64,000 nucleotides of DNA, from the IMG/VR virus record IMGVR_UViG_3300037067_018433; one strand, 5' to 3'. The translations under genes and the position numbers were made by a program. The notes beneath the pieces are model-generated. The model was not told the origin of the DNA and made no database searches. It saw only the letters and a list, made by a program, of their open reading frames with translations. This document shows positions 7,295-16,981 of the stretch, one piece after another. The number at the start of each line of letters is the position of its first letter. The stretch's first letter is position 1. The stretch comes from a virus (taxonomy: Duplodnaviria > Caudoviricetes).

Positions 7295-8686
7295 ATGGAG
7301 CTTGGGGTTCGGCATCTTCGGAAGCTGGCGGAGTTCGCGCCGGGGCTCCCCAGCCGCTCGCGGTACGAGCCGTTGCCGTCGGTTACCGCGCCCAAGCCCT
7401 TCAAGCTGAACATCCAGCGGCACGTCGCCGACCGAGCCGGGGAGCACCTAGATCTTCGGTTGGTGGATCCCGACACGGGGCTCGCGCACAGCTGGGCGCT
7501 CAAGAAGTGGCCCGCTCCGGGTACCGGGACCTACGCCCCTCAACAGCCGACGCATGAAGGGGCGTACGCCGGATGGAGTGGTACGATCCCCACCGGTACG
7601 TACGGAGCTGGGACGGTTGAGAGCCAGCGGCTGGAGGACGCTGAGGTCATCCACAGTTCACCCAACGAGCTGCGCTTCAACCTGTACAGCGGCAAGATCC
7701 CCGAGCAGCTCGTGCTCAAGCGGACGTCGGGTGACCGGATGTGGGTGCTGCACAACGCCACGCCCTCACGCCACACGAAGCACTGGGCCGAACTGCTGCC
7801 GAACTACAAGCCCTCTCTCGGCCACGTGCAGTTCAAGGCGCTCGACCCTACCAAGTCCGACGAAATCTGGCAGCCCAAGATCGACGGGGCCCATGGCATC
7901 GTGGTAGCGGAAGGCGGGAAACCCGTCCGGCTGTTCTCCTATCGCGATGCCAAGAACGAGACTGGATTGATCGAGCACACGCACAAGCTGCCGGAGTGGT
8001 GGAAGAACGTGGCGCCCGCCGGCCTCAAGCCGACGGTGTTGCGCGCGGAGATCACCGGACGTGACTCCTCCGGTAAGCCGGTGCCCAGCGCCACCATCGG
8101 CGGCATCCTCAACGCCACCGTTCCCCACAGCCGCCAGATGCAGACGGATCAAGGGGTGAACCTGCGGCTCATCGGGTTCCGCGTGCAGCGGGAGGACGGC
8201 AAGGTCGTTCCGGACAACGCGCCGTACAAGCCGCAGTTGTCCACCATCCGTAGACTGGCCGCCGACATTCCCGTGCTCTACCCGATGCCGACCGCAGAGA
8301 ACCCCCAGCAGAAGGCCAAGCTGCTGGCGGATGTCGCCTCCGGCCACCACAGCCTCACCGGAGAGGGTGTGGTTGTGATCAAGCCACAGGGCACGTACAA
8401 GGCGCCCATCACCGAGACGCACGACGTCACCATCCGCAAGATTCTGCCGAGCATCAGGGAGGGGGAGGCCGGGGGTTTCGAGTTCAGCTGGGGCGATGGC
8501 CCCGTAGTAGGCGTGGTGGGCACCGGGTTCACCCACGCCCAGAAGCGCGAGATGCTGGCGAAGCCCGCGGACTGGGAGGGACGTGTGGTCAAGGTCACCG
8601 CCAAGCAGCGGTTCCCGAGCGGCGCTCTCCGCGGGGCGGCGTACGTCCAGGAGCACGAATCGAAGTCCCCGACGCCCTTTGGCTAG
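7295..8686 (+). CDS. LigD-type 3'-phosphoesterase fused to an ATP-dependent DNA ligase-like domain
   Basis: PE motifs IQRH..AGEHLDLRL, SWAL, PTH..Y..W.G.IP.G.YGAG.V; ligase motif I PKIDG, EGVVV, OB-fold VGTGFT. Confidence 0.8.
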   Translation: MELGVRHLRKLAEFAPGLPSRSRYEPLPSVTAPKPFKLNIQRHVADRAGEHLDLRLVDPDTGLAHSWALKKWPAPGTGTYAPQQPTHEGAYAGWSGTIPTGTYGAGTVESQRLEDAEVIHSSPNELRFNLYSGKIPEQLVLKRTSGDRMWVLHNATPSRHTKHWAELLPNYKPSLGHVQFKALDPTKSDEIWQPKIDGAHGIVVAEGGKPVRLFSYRDAKNETGLIEHTHKLPEWWKNVAPAGLKPTVLRAEITGRDSSGKPVPSATIGGILNATVPHSRQMQTDQGVNLRLIGFRVQREDGKVVPDNAPYKPQLSTIRRLAADIPVLYPMPTAENPQQKAKLLADVASGHHSLTGEGVVVIKPQGTYKAPITETHDVTIRKILPSIREGEAGGFEFSWGDGPVVGVVGTGFTHAQKREMLAKPADWEGRVVKVTAKQRFPSGALRGAAYVQEHESKSPTPFG

Positions 8687-8722
8687 TTGCCTTCGGTCCA
8701 TACTGCGCGGTACACTGAGTTC
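8687..8722 (+). promoter_or_regulatory. sigma70-like promoter, leaderless
   Basis: TTGCCT-N18-TACACT-N6-ATG(8723). Confidence 0.55.
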
Positions 8723-9208
8723 ATGGAACGAGCCGAAGAGGTTGCCCAGTACCTTCAGGGTTCCCTGCTCGAACGACTCAGGAAGATCGCGGCTGACGAA
8801 GCGGCTGCGTCGACCAAGGTGGCGGCCGCTCCCCCTCCGACTCCGCCTCACGACCCTCCCCCTCTTCCGCTGATGAAGAAGGTGGCGCACCTGTCTTCAT
8901 CCGAGCGTGAAGCACGCCGCGCCCACGGCGCTACCGCCGTCAACATGCTGGCGGACATGCTGTACGGACCGCGGGTCGGTCAGGAGCAGAAGCTCGCGGC
9001 GGCCATCGCCGGCGAGACGTTCAAGGTGGCGGCGAGGGACCTGGCGGATTGGGCTCCTCGATCCAACCCCGTCATCCAGAGCGTGCTGGCGCAGGCGAAT
9101 GTGAAGACGGCGTCAGCCGGTGACCGGGAGACCGCCGAGTACGTCGGGCGCCTGTTGGCCCACGGGCTGTACGCCCGGCACCTGGAGGCGACGGGCGCGT
9201 GCCGATAA
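8723..9208 (+). CDS. K-x-A-rich putative head protein
   Basis: 6 of 7 lysines are in K-x-A; GRLLAHG motif. Confidence 0.65.
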   Translation: MERAEEVAQYLQGSLLERLRKIAADEAAASTKVAAAPPPTPPHDPPPLPLMKKVAHLSSSEREARRAHGATAVNMLADMLYGPRVGQEQKLAAAIAGETFKVAARDLADWAPRSNPVIQSVLAQANVKTASAGDRETAEYVGRLLAHGLYARHLEATGACR

Positions 9209-9738
9209 CAGGCCGTGATCTGGCTCCGATGGCCGACGACGCGTTAGTGCTGGCGACCAGGGTGGTTCGCGCCCTGCGTCAGAAGCAGGAAAAGAAGACG
9301 GAGAAGAAGAAGATGCCGACCAAGACCGCCGAGGAGCTGAACCTGCTGGGGGCCATCGCGTTCGGCCGGGCACTCGCCGAGAGGGATCTCGAGCCGTTCA
9401 AGCTGGCGTACCTGAAGGGCACGACCGTCAAGACGGCGGCCGCCGCAGCGGAGTGGCTCAAGGAGCTCGAGCAGCTGACGAAGAACGCGGACGCCGCGGA
9501 CGTCGCACGCGAGCACCCGTACCTGTCGACGGTCCCGGGGCCGAGAACGGCTGTCGTGAAGGGGCAGGGGCAGGAGCGCGAGACGCACAAGAAGCGCGCG
9601 TCTCTGGGTTCCGCCTACGATACGTTCGCGCAGACGCTGCCCGAGGACCAGCGTGAGTCGTTCTTCAAGATCGCGGAGAAGGTCAACGACGACGTCATTC
9701 GAGCGGCGGCCGTAGTGCTGCCGGCGATGGGGCGCTGA
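9199..9738 (+). CDS. K-x-A-rich putative head protein
   Basis: KTA, KLA, KTA, KNA, KRA, KIA; FGRALAE motif; true start may be further downstream. Confidence 0.65.
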   Translation: MPITGRDLAPMADDALVLATRVVRALRQKQEKKTEKKKMPTKTAEELNLLGAIAFGRALAERDLEPFKLAYLKGTTVKTAAAAAEWLKELEQLTKNADAADVAREHPYLSTVPGPRTAVVKGQGQERETHKKRASLGSAYDTFAQTLPEDQRESFFKIAEKVNDDVIRAAAVVLPAMGR

Positions 9739-9740
9739 CC

Positions 9741-10112
9741 ATGTGGCGCAAGTTCTGGACCTGGCTCAAGGACAAGGTCTGGCCCTGGCTCAAGAAGTGG
9801 TGGAAGTGGATGCTGTTCCCGATCGGCATCCTGCTGTTCATCCTCAGCCTCCGGCGGCGAACGACGACGGTCGTGGTGAGCGACGGACACGCGACCGACC
9901 TCGCCATCAAGAAGCATGACGAGCAGATCGCACAGCAGGTGACGGAGGCCGAAGCGAAGGCGGCTGCGGAGCTGAAGAAGATCGAAGAACAGCACGCGGC
10001 GACCATCGAGAGCCTCAACGCCGCACAGCGTCTCAAGTATGAGGAGTTGAAGCAGCAAGGTCCGCGCGAGATCAACGCGTGGCTGTTGCGGGTGGGTAGG
10101 GGTGAAGCATGA
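9741..10112 (+). CDS. membrane-anchored coiled-coil protein (possible lysis/spanin-like)
   Basis: Trp/Lys amphipathic N-terminus, one TM helix, coiled coil. Confidence 0.55.
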   Translation: MWRKFWTWLKDKVWPWLKKWWKWMLFPIGILLFILSLRRRTTTVVVSDGHATDLAIKKHDEQIAQQVTEAEAKAAAELKKIEEQHAATIESLNAAQRLKYEELKQQGPREINAWLLRVGRGEA

Positions 10113-10606
10113 CCACCAAGTCGCGCATCAGCCTGTTCTCCGTTCTGCTCATCATCGCCCTGGTGTTGACCGCCTGGTGCTGGCCGGCGAATGCCGAGGA
10201 CTTCCCACCGGGTGAGGACCAGATCGTACCGTTGGCGGTGGGTGACCGGGCACCGTTCGAGGGCCAGCTGTTCGAGACCACAACTGCGATCAGGTGGGGC
10301 TTTAGAATTCAATCACTGCGCCTGCGCCTGGATGCGGATGTGGCGGCTGCCAACGAATCGTGCGCGGTCCAGACCGAGCTGCTGACCACCAAGCTCAACC
10401 TTGCTCAGGAGCGGTTCGACTTCAACGTCACCATGCTGACCGACGCTCGGGATCAGCTCCAGGCGCAGGTCGTGCAGCTGACCGAGGCACTCGCCGACGC
10501 CCAGGATACGCCATGGTACAGATCCTGGACGTTCGGGCTCGTCGTCGGCATCGTTGGCGCTGGGCTGTTGGCGGTCGGCGGTGCGTACCTCGCATCAGCC
10601 ATCTAG
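10109..10606 (+). CDS. signal peptide + coiled coil + C-terminal TM protein (possible lysis accessory)
   Basis: N-terminal hydrophobic signal ending ANA; C-terminal TM after PWYRSWTFG; ATGA overlap. Confidence 0.55.
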   Translation: MTTKSRISLFSVLLIIALVLTAWCWPANAEDFPPGEDQIVPLAVGDRAPFEGQLFETTTAIRWGFRIQSLRLRLDADVAAANESCAVQTELLTTKLNLAQERFDFNVTMLTDARDQLQAQVVQLTEALADAQDTPWYRSWTFGLVVGIVGAGLLAVGGAYLASAI

Positions 10607-10692
10607 CGAATATCTGCGACCGCACCGCACTGGCTACGATTCAGACTAAAGGAAAAGGGAGAGGTAGGACCGGCTACGGCCGGCGTTTCTCC

Positions 10693-10983
10693 CTAGGCAG
10701 CGATGAGGTAGACGCGGGTGGGGATTCCGGGATCCGTGAGCGTGACGATGGCGAAGGTCCCGGGCGCGGGCGTCACCAGCTGGTAGACGCGTCCGGTGTC
10801 GGGGTCGACCCGCGGTTCGCAGGTCGGCGGCGTTCCGGTGTACGCCACCAGGCACTCGGGGGGCACCCACAGGTGCAGCTCCCTCTTCATGCCGATGACC
10901 ACCAGCTCTTCGCCCGGCTTCTCCCCGGGAACCACGGTGCCGGCCTTGAGACCCTGGAGGAACTTCAGCGGCAGCTTCGTCAT
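10693..10983 (-). CDS. hypothetical protein
   Basis: ATGA overlap, GGAG SD. Confidence 0.6.
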   Translation of the reverse strand: MTKLPLKFLQGLKAGTVVPGEKPGEELVVIGMKRELHLWVPPECLVAYTGTPPTCEPRVDPDTGRVYQLVTPAPGTFAIVTLTDPGIPTRVYLIAA

Positions 10984-11159
10984 GTCGCGTTCTCCCTGTT
11001 GCAGATGAGCCGCAGCGCGGTCTCCTGCATGTGATTGACGGACCCCCGGTTGATCAGACGTGCGCGGATGTGCGCCTCGCGGTGGCGGTCGCAGACGGCC
11101 ACCCTGTCCCCCGTGCGGCTATCCCGTCGACAGCCGCACGGTTCGTGGGTGACCCGCAC
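10980..11159 (-). CDS. small Cys/His hypothetical protein
   Basis: TAGTG overlap; CGC...CDRH. Confidence 0.45.
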   Translation of the reverse strand: MRVTHEPCGCRRDSRTGDRVAVCDRHREAHIRARLINRGSVNHMQETALRLICNRENAT

Positions 11160-11626
11160 TACGGCGCCACCTCCGTGGTCACCTCGGCGTGGTACGCGTA
11201 CGGGTTCTCCACCGGACCCCGGAAGGTCACGGTGAACTCCACGCGTAGCGCATCGATGTGGAAGCCCATCTGCAGGGGCCCGACGCCGACGGCCGCCGCG
11301 TCGCCGATGAGCTTGCCGATCCCCGACATGGCGTCCGCCAACTGTGGGCGGAGGACGCGGGGAATGGACATCCCGAAGCCGTTCTCCCCGAGCACGAACG
11401 ACCGCAGCTGCGGGTCGCCGTTGCCGATCAGCTCGAGCTCGGCGCTGAACGGCATGACCAGGTTGGAGCCGTCGACGGTGACCTCGCCGTCGATGGTGAA
11501 CACCCCCTTCACCCCGGGTTCCGTGAACGTGATGCCCTCGGTGATGCCCGTGGCGTAGGCCGCGCCCGCGACGATGCACAGCGACAGACAGACGGAAATG
11601 GCGACGGTGATGATCGTGCGTCTCAT
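11159..11626 (-). CDS. secreted hypothetical protein
   Basis: Signal peptide MRRTIITVAISVCLSLCIVAGAAYA; AAGGAGG SD. Confidence 0.7.
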   Translation of the reverse strand: MRRTIITVAISVCLSLCIVAGAAYATGITEGITFTEPGVKGVFTIDGEVTVDGSNLVMPFSAELELIGNGDPQLRSFVLGENGFGMSIPRVLRPQLADAMSGIGKLIGDAAAVGVGPLQMGFHIDALRVEFTVTFRGPVENPYAYHAEVTTEVAP

Positions 11627-11783
11627 GGAATCCTCCTTGCCCAGTGGGCGGAATGCCGGCGGGTGTCCCCTTGCCGACTCGGGGGCTCCGGAGCTACCCC
11701 GGAGTATTACGCGGCGTCCCAGCCGATAGGTGGGATCGTCAGCTGGTGCCTGGACGGACGCCAACTACTCTTCCCTGCATTGA

Positions 11784-11813
11784 TCTTATGCCAGATCCAA
11801 TAGGAGGATTTTC
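11784..11813 (-). promoter_or_regulatory. phage-specific bipartite promoter motif, copy 2
   Basis: GAAAA-N16-GGCATAAGA. Confidence 0.65.
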
Positions 11814-11814
11814 G

Positions 11815-12459
11815 CTACTTCTTCTTGGGGCTGGCTTGGGCCGCGGTGCGCTCGGCCATGTTCTCGCGGAGGCGCTTCATGTCGGCGAGCAAGCTGCGTC
11901 CCCAGTTCATGGACACCCGGATGCTCCGCGTGCACCCGGCCATGACCCAGCGCGTGTACGGCGTCAGCGTTCGGCACATGTCAGGCAGCCGGAAGTGGAC
12001 AGGCGGCAGGTACCCCAGCAGCATGTATGCCCCGCAGATATCCCAGCTGAAGTCCATGCCGCCACCGGTCAACGCCATCACCGGTTCGTCGTCCACCATC
12101 ACCACGGTCAGTGCGCAGGAGGAGTTGTCCAGGATCTCTTGGGCTTCGCTGGGATTCAGGCGGAGGTTGGGCAGCGGGTAGTAGCAGTTCATCATCGGCG
12201 TGTAGCGATCGGGATTCTCCTGCATCCTGTTCCGGATGGCGTCCTGGATCTTGTCGAGCGGACTGTCCTTGTCCAGCAGCAGATCATCTAGATCCGTGTT
12301 CTCGCCATCCAACCACGCCATGCACTGCTTGCGATCCCAGTCCGTGACGTCGGGGTACACGAGGTCCCACTTCTCGCCGAATCCTTCGGACCAGTAGTAG
12401 TCCACCGGCTTGACGTCGATGGCCGCGCAACTAAGGGCCTTGATCGGTGTTCGCTTCAC
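11815..12459 (-). CDS. hypothetical protein
   Basis: GTG start in GTGA overlap with AAGGAG SD; PMMNCYYPLP and ALTGGGMDFSW motifs. Confidence 0.7.
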   Translation of the reverse strand: MKRTPIKALSCAAIDVKPVDYYWSEGFGEKWDLVYPDVTDWDRKQCMAWLDGENTDLDDLLLDKDSPLDKIQDAIRNRMQENPDRYTPMMNCYYPLPNLRLNPSEAQEILDNSSCALTVVMVDDEPVMALTGGGMDFSWDICGAYMLLGYLPPVHFRLPDMCRTLTPYTRWVMAGCTRSIRVSMNWGRSLLADMKRLRENMAERTAAQASPKKK

Positions 12460-12821
12460 GTCTTCTCCTTGCACCTGCAGCCGGCGGCCGGGCAGCGTAG
12501 GCTCTGGCAGCGTGGGCAGGTGGTGACCTTCTTCGGGTCGGATGGGTGGAACATGCAACAGACCGGGCAGAAGTAGCCGAGGGGCTGGGGTTCTACTCCC
12601 AGCAGCCCCAGTACACGGCGCACGATGCGCTCCTGCACCACCAGCGGCTGCTTCAGGTGCGGGAGCAGTCGACTGGCGACCGTCTCCTCCCAGATACCAG
12701 GAGCGCGGTCGCCGTAGGCTTTCTTGATCTTGTCGGAGTCCGGACCGAGGATGACGGCGCTGACCGGCCCGTCACCCTCGGCTTCGATTCCGAAGATGGC
12801 GTACCTGCAGCGAAGGATCAC
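12456..12821 (-). CDS. Zn-finger hypothetical protein
   Basis: C-terminal CPVC, CPRC and C....C.C cysteine clusters. Confidence 0.6.
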   Translation of the reverse strand: MILRCRYAIFGIEAEGDGPVSAVILGPDSDKIKKAYGDRAPGIWEETVASRLLPHLKQPLVVQERIVRRVLGLLGVEPQPLGYFCPVCCMFHPSDPKKVTTCPRCQSLRCPAAGCRCKEKT

Positions 12822-14600
12822 TTATCCTTCGCCCCGCTCTTGAGCTCGCGGATGGCGGGCAGGACCTTCTCGCTGAAGAACGCCATCACCTTCTTGAGGT
12901 TGTTGTTGACCTTCTCCACGCGCTCGTTCAGGCACTTCAGCTCGGCCATCAGCTCGGTGTGCGTGGGGATGCCCACGGTGGGTACGCATTCGGCGGCGAC
13001 GGCGGCCGGCTTGGGCTGGACGACCATGGACGACCCGCTGGCTCCGATGGGCTGCATGCGCGGCATGCCGGGGGCCGGGGGCCCGGGGATGGAAGCGTCG
13101 GTGACCGCCTTGGGGGTAGCCGGAGACGCCGCTGCAGGGGCCACGGCGCCCGTGAGAATCGGGGGCAGGGCCATTGGCAGGTCCAGCTGTACGGGGGGCG
13201 CCACGGGCGCCGCAGGAGGCGCTGCGGGGGCCCCGGGCTCGCCCGGCAGGTCGCCCGGACGCATCTCCGGGCCCTCCTTGCCCTTCTTCCCTCCCGCCTT
13301 GGTCGTACGCTTCTTCGCCGGTGCGGCTTCCGGTGCGGCTGCCGGGGTGGCGGGCGCGGCCGCAGCCCCGGGCTTGGGACTGCCCGCGTTCTGCCAGGCC
13401 TGGACCTGCTCGCGGTACGCGCGGTACGTGGACTTCGCGTAGTTGTAGATGCTCTGGGCCTTCTGCAGCGCGTCGCGGTACTCGGAGGGCACCGTCGCAC
13501 TCGTGACGTCCTTGTACCAGAACGGGGGCTTGGGCAGCGGCTTCGGACAGCCGACGGACGCCGCGTCCGACAGCAGGATGGCCACCTTCAGCATCGCTTC
13601 CTGGCCCGGGGGATCCGCGTTCTCTCCCAGCGCCTTGAGCATGTCGTGCGCCGCGTTCATCATCGCGACCACGAGCTTCGGGTCTTCCTCGAGGTTCAGC
13701 ATCAGCGTGATGATGGACACCACGTACGTCTGGGGGTCGGTCTTGCTGGAACCGGATGGAACGGGGATGCTTGGATCGGGCATAGCTCCTCCTTCGCGGT
13801 CTACACGCCGCACATGCAGGCCCTCACGGGCAACACACAGGTCGAACAGGCCGGCCGCCCGACCTTCGTTGTCGGTGGTCAGCGGGTTGTTGAGCAAGCA
13901 GTGCACGACCATCATGTCCGTGCACCCATAGCATGCGTCGATGCGCCCGGAACGCGCCGGGCACCTGATCTGCGACTGGTGCTTCTCCCAGCCGTTCATC
14001 ACCTGCGACATGATCTCCACGCGCCACATGTCGAATGGCGTCGTGCGCGACTCGCCGTACGCCGGCTGCTGGGTGGCGTAGTAGTCCACCAGCGCCGGGT
14101 GATCGGCGGGTGACACACGGACACCGGCGCCGCGTTCGTTCACGGTCTGCGAGAGCTCCGTGGTATTGGGCAGTTCTGCCATCAGTTCCTTCTCCTGTAG
14201 CACGAATTCGGCGCGAGCGGAACCATGTCCGTCCCTCTTCTTCATGTGCAGGTCGATGTCACTCGCGTCGTTCTCGTTGATCGCTCGGAACGTCGCGTCC
14301 TGCATCAGCTTGATCGGGCCGTCCACGTCCTTGCGGCTGAACCGCTCCCCGGTTCCCTTCTCCTGCCACCCCGCGTTCTCCAGCTTCGGGAAGTACCAGG
14401 TGATGTACAGATCCCAGCCGATGTTCTGCGGGAGAGCCACGAATCCGCGTGCCGCCAGCAGGTTCATGACCTCCAGCTTGCAGTGGTTCTCGAACGCCTC
14501 CCCCAGCTTGTTCTTCCGCGGACCCCAGGGGGTGCGATGGTACAGCCGGTTCACGCTGACCGGTATCTCGGGCAGCGTCAGGCACAGGACTACAGGCCCG
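12818..14600 (-). CDS. rusA: RusA-like Holliday junction resolvase, in frame with two further domains (start uncertain)
   Basis: P.SVN.LY...DVDGPIKLMQDA...NDASD RusA-type acidic motifs; internal SD+ATG at 14182 and 13783. Confidence 0.6.
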
Positions 14601-15069
14601 GCGGTAGTTGTCCCCTGTACCCGCCCCTTGGGCCCTGGCCGAGGCTCCCGCCACGTTGGGTGGCCCCGTAGTCCGTCTTGAGGCCCTCCACCGAGCGTGA
14701 GACCATGGCCATCTGCCGGCCGAGGGACGCCTTCTTCGGCGCCAGCTGCTTCTGCTGGATCTTCAGCTTCACCACGATCTGCTTCCATTCACGGTACTCC
14801 TGATCTGACTCCAGCCGGCGGATCGCGTTCTTGCAGCGGTCCTCGATGTACTCGAGGTTGGCCTTGGCTTCTTCCAGTCGCGCGTCGATGTCCGCTTCCA
14901 CCGAGCTGATGAACTGCCACCACTTCAGCGTGTTGTGGTAGTGGGAGAAGATGGTCTTGGATCCACTACCACTGAGGTCGGCCGGCAAGTCCAACAGCTT
15001 GTCGGAAGGCGCGTCCAAATCGAGGTCGATCTTGCGCGCCGCCAGCTCCCTCATGGCCTGGGCGTACAT
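14590..15069 (-). CDS. coiled-coil protein, possibly a UvsY-like recombination mediator
   Basis: Helical coiled coil in the RecA/nuclease cluster; function inferred from context only. Confidence 0.45.
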   Translation of the reverse strand: MYAQAMRELAARKIDLDLDAPSDKLLDLPADLSGSGSKTIFSHYHNTLKWWQFISSVEADIDARLEEAKANLEYIEDRCKNAIRRLESDQEYREWKQIVVKLKIQQKQLAPKKASLGRQMAMVSRSVEGLKTDYGATQRGGSLGQGPRGGYRGQLPPGL

Positions 15070-15125
15070 CGAGTACGGGAGGCCCTCGCGTGGGGGGTCT
15101 TCGGTGGCCTTCCCCGGGCCTAGCT

Positions 15126-15941
15126 TCAGACCCCCGGATTGGTCTTCGCGCGTTCGGCGCACTTGAGCACCTCCGTCAGTGGGACCGCTTTGTTCCGCGG
15201 GTGAGGGCAAGCAGGGGCGTAGGCGCACGCCCCGCAGCTGTAGCTGTCGTCGGTGCCCGGTGGCATGTTGCCCGCCATCTTGTGCCCCAGCACGGTACTG
15301 GCACGCCTGCGCATCGCGTCCCAGTACGAGTCGGGGATCTTCACGACGACGTGGCGCTCCTCGTACGAGCGCCGGCTGATGTAGATGAACCACACGGCAT
15401 CCAGCTGCAGGCAGTGCTGGTAGACACTTGCCTGCAGCAGGTCCTTCTCTCGCGTCGTGCTCAGGCTGGCGTACTCGGATTCGCCCAGACCCTTGATCTC
15501 GTGCCCGATACGCCAGTTCTTGTACTCGAGCACCGAGTCCCCGCTGCCCGCCAAACACAGGCGCTCCACATCCGGCATGTCCTTCGTGAGCGGGACCTCC
15601 GCCCGGTACTTGAAGACGCCCGAGCGCTTCGCAGTACGCGCGAACGACCGCTGGATCATGCCGTGCAGGATCTTTCCCACACGACCCGCCCGCATGACGT
15701 TGGGTGGGATGGCGGTGTTGAGCCGTGGAATGCCCTCGAACTCCATGGACGCCTTGCGCAAGCAATCAGCGAGCGCGCTGGGGTGGATAGCGGCCGATCG
15801 CTCGGACGCCTGGTCCTCGTCCTCGAACACGTTGACGAAGCGGTAGACGTTGCGCGCCGCCTTGTTGACGACCACCGGCTCGCCCAGCTGGTGCCCCAGC
15901 AGCTCGAGCGCCTTGGTCAACTCCTGTAGGGGGTCGCTCAC
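15126..15941 (-). CDS. Cas4-like PD-(D/E)XK exonuclease
   Basis: HPSAL..C, G..LH, D...EIK, Q..VY, C-terminal CxxCxxxxxC. Confidence 0.85.
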   Translation of the reverse strand: MSDPLQELTKALELLGHQLGEPVVVNKAARNVYRFVNVFEDEDQASERSAAIHPSALADCLRKASMEFEGIPRLNTAIPPNVMRAGRVGKILHGMIQRSFARTAKRSGVFKYRAEVPLTKDMPDVERLCLAGSGDSVLEYKNWRIGHEIKGLGESEYASLSTTREKDLLQASVYQHCLQLDAVWFIYISRRSYEERHVVVKIPDSYWDAMRRRASTVLGHKMAGNMPPGTDDSYSCGACAYAPACPHPRNKAVPLTEVLKCAERAKTNPGV

Positions 15942-16216
15942 GTGTCCTCCTCACGCCACCACTCGATCGCTTTCGATGGGACGTAGTCAGGATCAGGAAC
16001 CGTCCACGTCGTGAAGTTGTTCTCGCAGATGGAGGGGATGAGCTCTTCGACGTATGCGGTAGCCGCCATGTCTGCATCCTCGAACTGTTTAGGGTCGTGG
16101 TGTTTGGGTGCGGCCTGCAGATGGAAGTGGACGTCGGCGGCCCCCGTCGACGTCGGGAACCGGACGTGACACCGGTACCACACCCACCCCTTTTCAAGCG
16201 CCTCAGCCGTTGGCAT
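15938..16216 (-). CDS. hypothetical protein
   Basis: TGATG overlap with the upstream gene. Confidence 0.55.
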   Translation of the reverse strand: MPTAEALEKGWVWYRCHVRFPTSTGAADVHFHLQAAPKHHDPKQFEDADMAATAYVEELIPSICENNFTTWTVPDPDYVPSKAIEWWREEDT

Positions 16217-16422
16217 CACAGGCCCTCCCACAGATCTACGCGGGTAGTGACACCTTTGGAGTCGGTGACGTCGAACAACTGGGCCAGGTTGCCGTCGCTG
16301 TTCCGCTGGATGTCCAGGGCCGCCTTCGCCGCTTCCTTCGGGCTGGTAGCGGTGACGTCGATCTCCCAGCGGACGAGGTAGTCGTGGTTGCGCGGGCGCC
16401 TGGTCTTCTTAGTCTTCGCCAT
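16216..16422 (-). CDS. hypothetical protein
   Basis: AGGAGG SD; Y.V.WEIDV.A.SP.EAA motif. Confidence 0.6.
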   Translation of the reverse strand: MAKTKKTRRPRNHDYLVRWEIDVTATSPKEAAKAALDIQRNSDGNLAQLFDVTDSKGVTTRVDLWEGL

Positions 16423-16981
16423 CGGGTCCTCCTGATCGCAGCTCGTCCATCATGTCGTTGAACACGTCCCGCGCCTCGTCGCTTTTCCCGAAGATCGCCG
16501 CGAGGTCTCGTCGGCCTAGAGAATCGTTGAGCGCGCTGCACACAGCGTCCGCCATCGCCTTGCCCATGGTCAAACGCAGCTGTCGGCGCTCCTCATCCTT
16601 CGCCTGCTGCGCCTTCAGCGCGGCTGTGAAGGCCGTGGCCCGCGTCTTCTTGTCGGCCGCCACTTGTTCGGCAGTCGGGTAGCTCCAATCCGCCATCTTC
16701 TTGATGGCGTCCGGGTCATGGTCTCCGTCGAGGAGCACGTGCATATCGAGGTCCGTCGGATTGTCTCCCGACTGGACGTCCACATCGAGTCGATCACGGG
16801 CGTCTGGTCGGAGCAGATCTGCCCCCACATACTCAGCCACCGCGTGACGGAACAAGCACTTCGCAGCGTCCCGAAGTCCGTCGTCGATGTTCCGGTTCAG
16901 GAAATGGTCGCCTAGCTCGTGCTGCACCTGCAGCGCGAATGCTGCAGCCACAACTTCTGGGGGGGTCAGCTGCTTGCTCAT
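16409..16981 (-). CDS. hypothetical protein
   Basis: ATGA overlap with recA; AGGAG SD. Confidence 0.6.
   Translation of the reverse strand: MSKQLTPPEVVAAAFALQVQHELGDHFLNRNIDDGLRDAAKCLFRHAVAEYVGADLLRPDARDRLDVDVQSGDNPTDLDMHVLLDGDHDPDAIKKMADWSYPTAEQVAADKKTRATAFTAALKAQQAKDEERRQLRLTMGKAMADAVCSALNDSLGRRDLAAIFGKSDEARDVFNDMMDELRSGGPDGED

Noticed and set aside
15126-15941. CRISPR-Cas system suggested by the Cas4-like gene
   Set aside because: No repeat-spacer array or other cas genes were seen; solo Cas4-like nucleases are common in phage recombination clusters.
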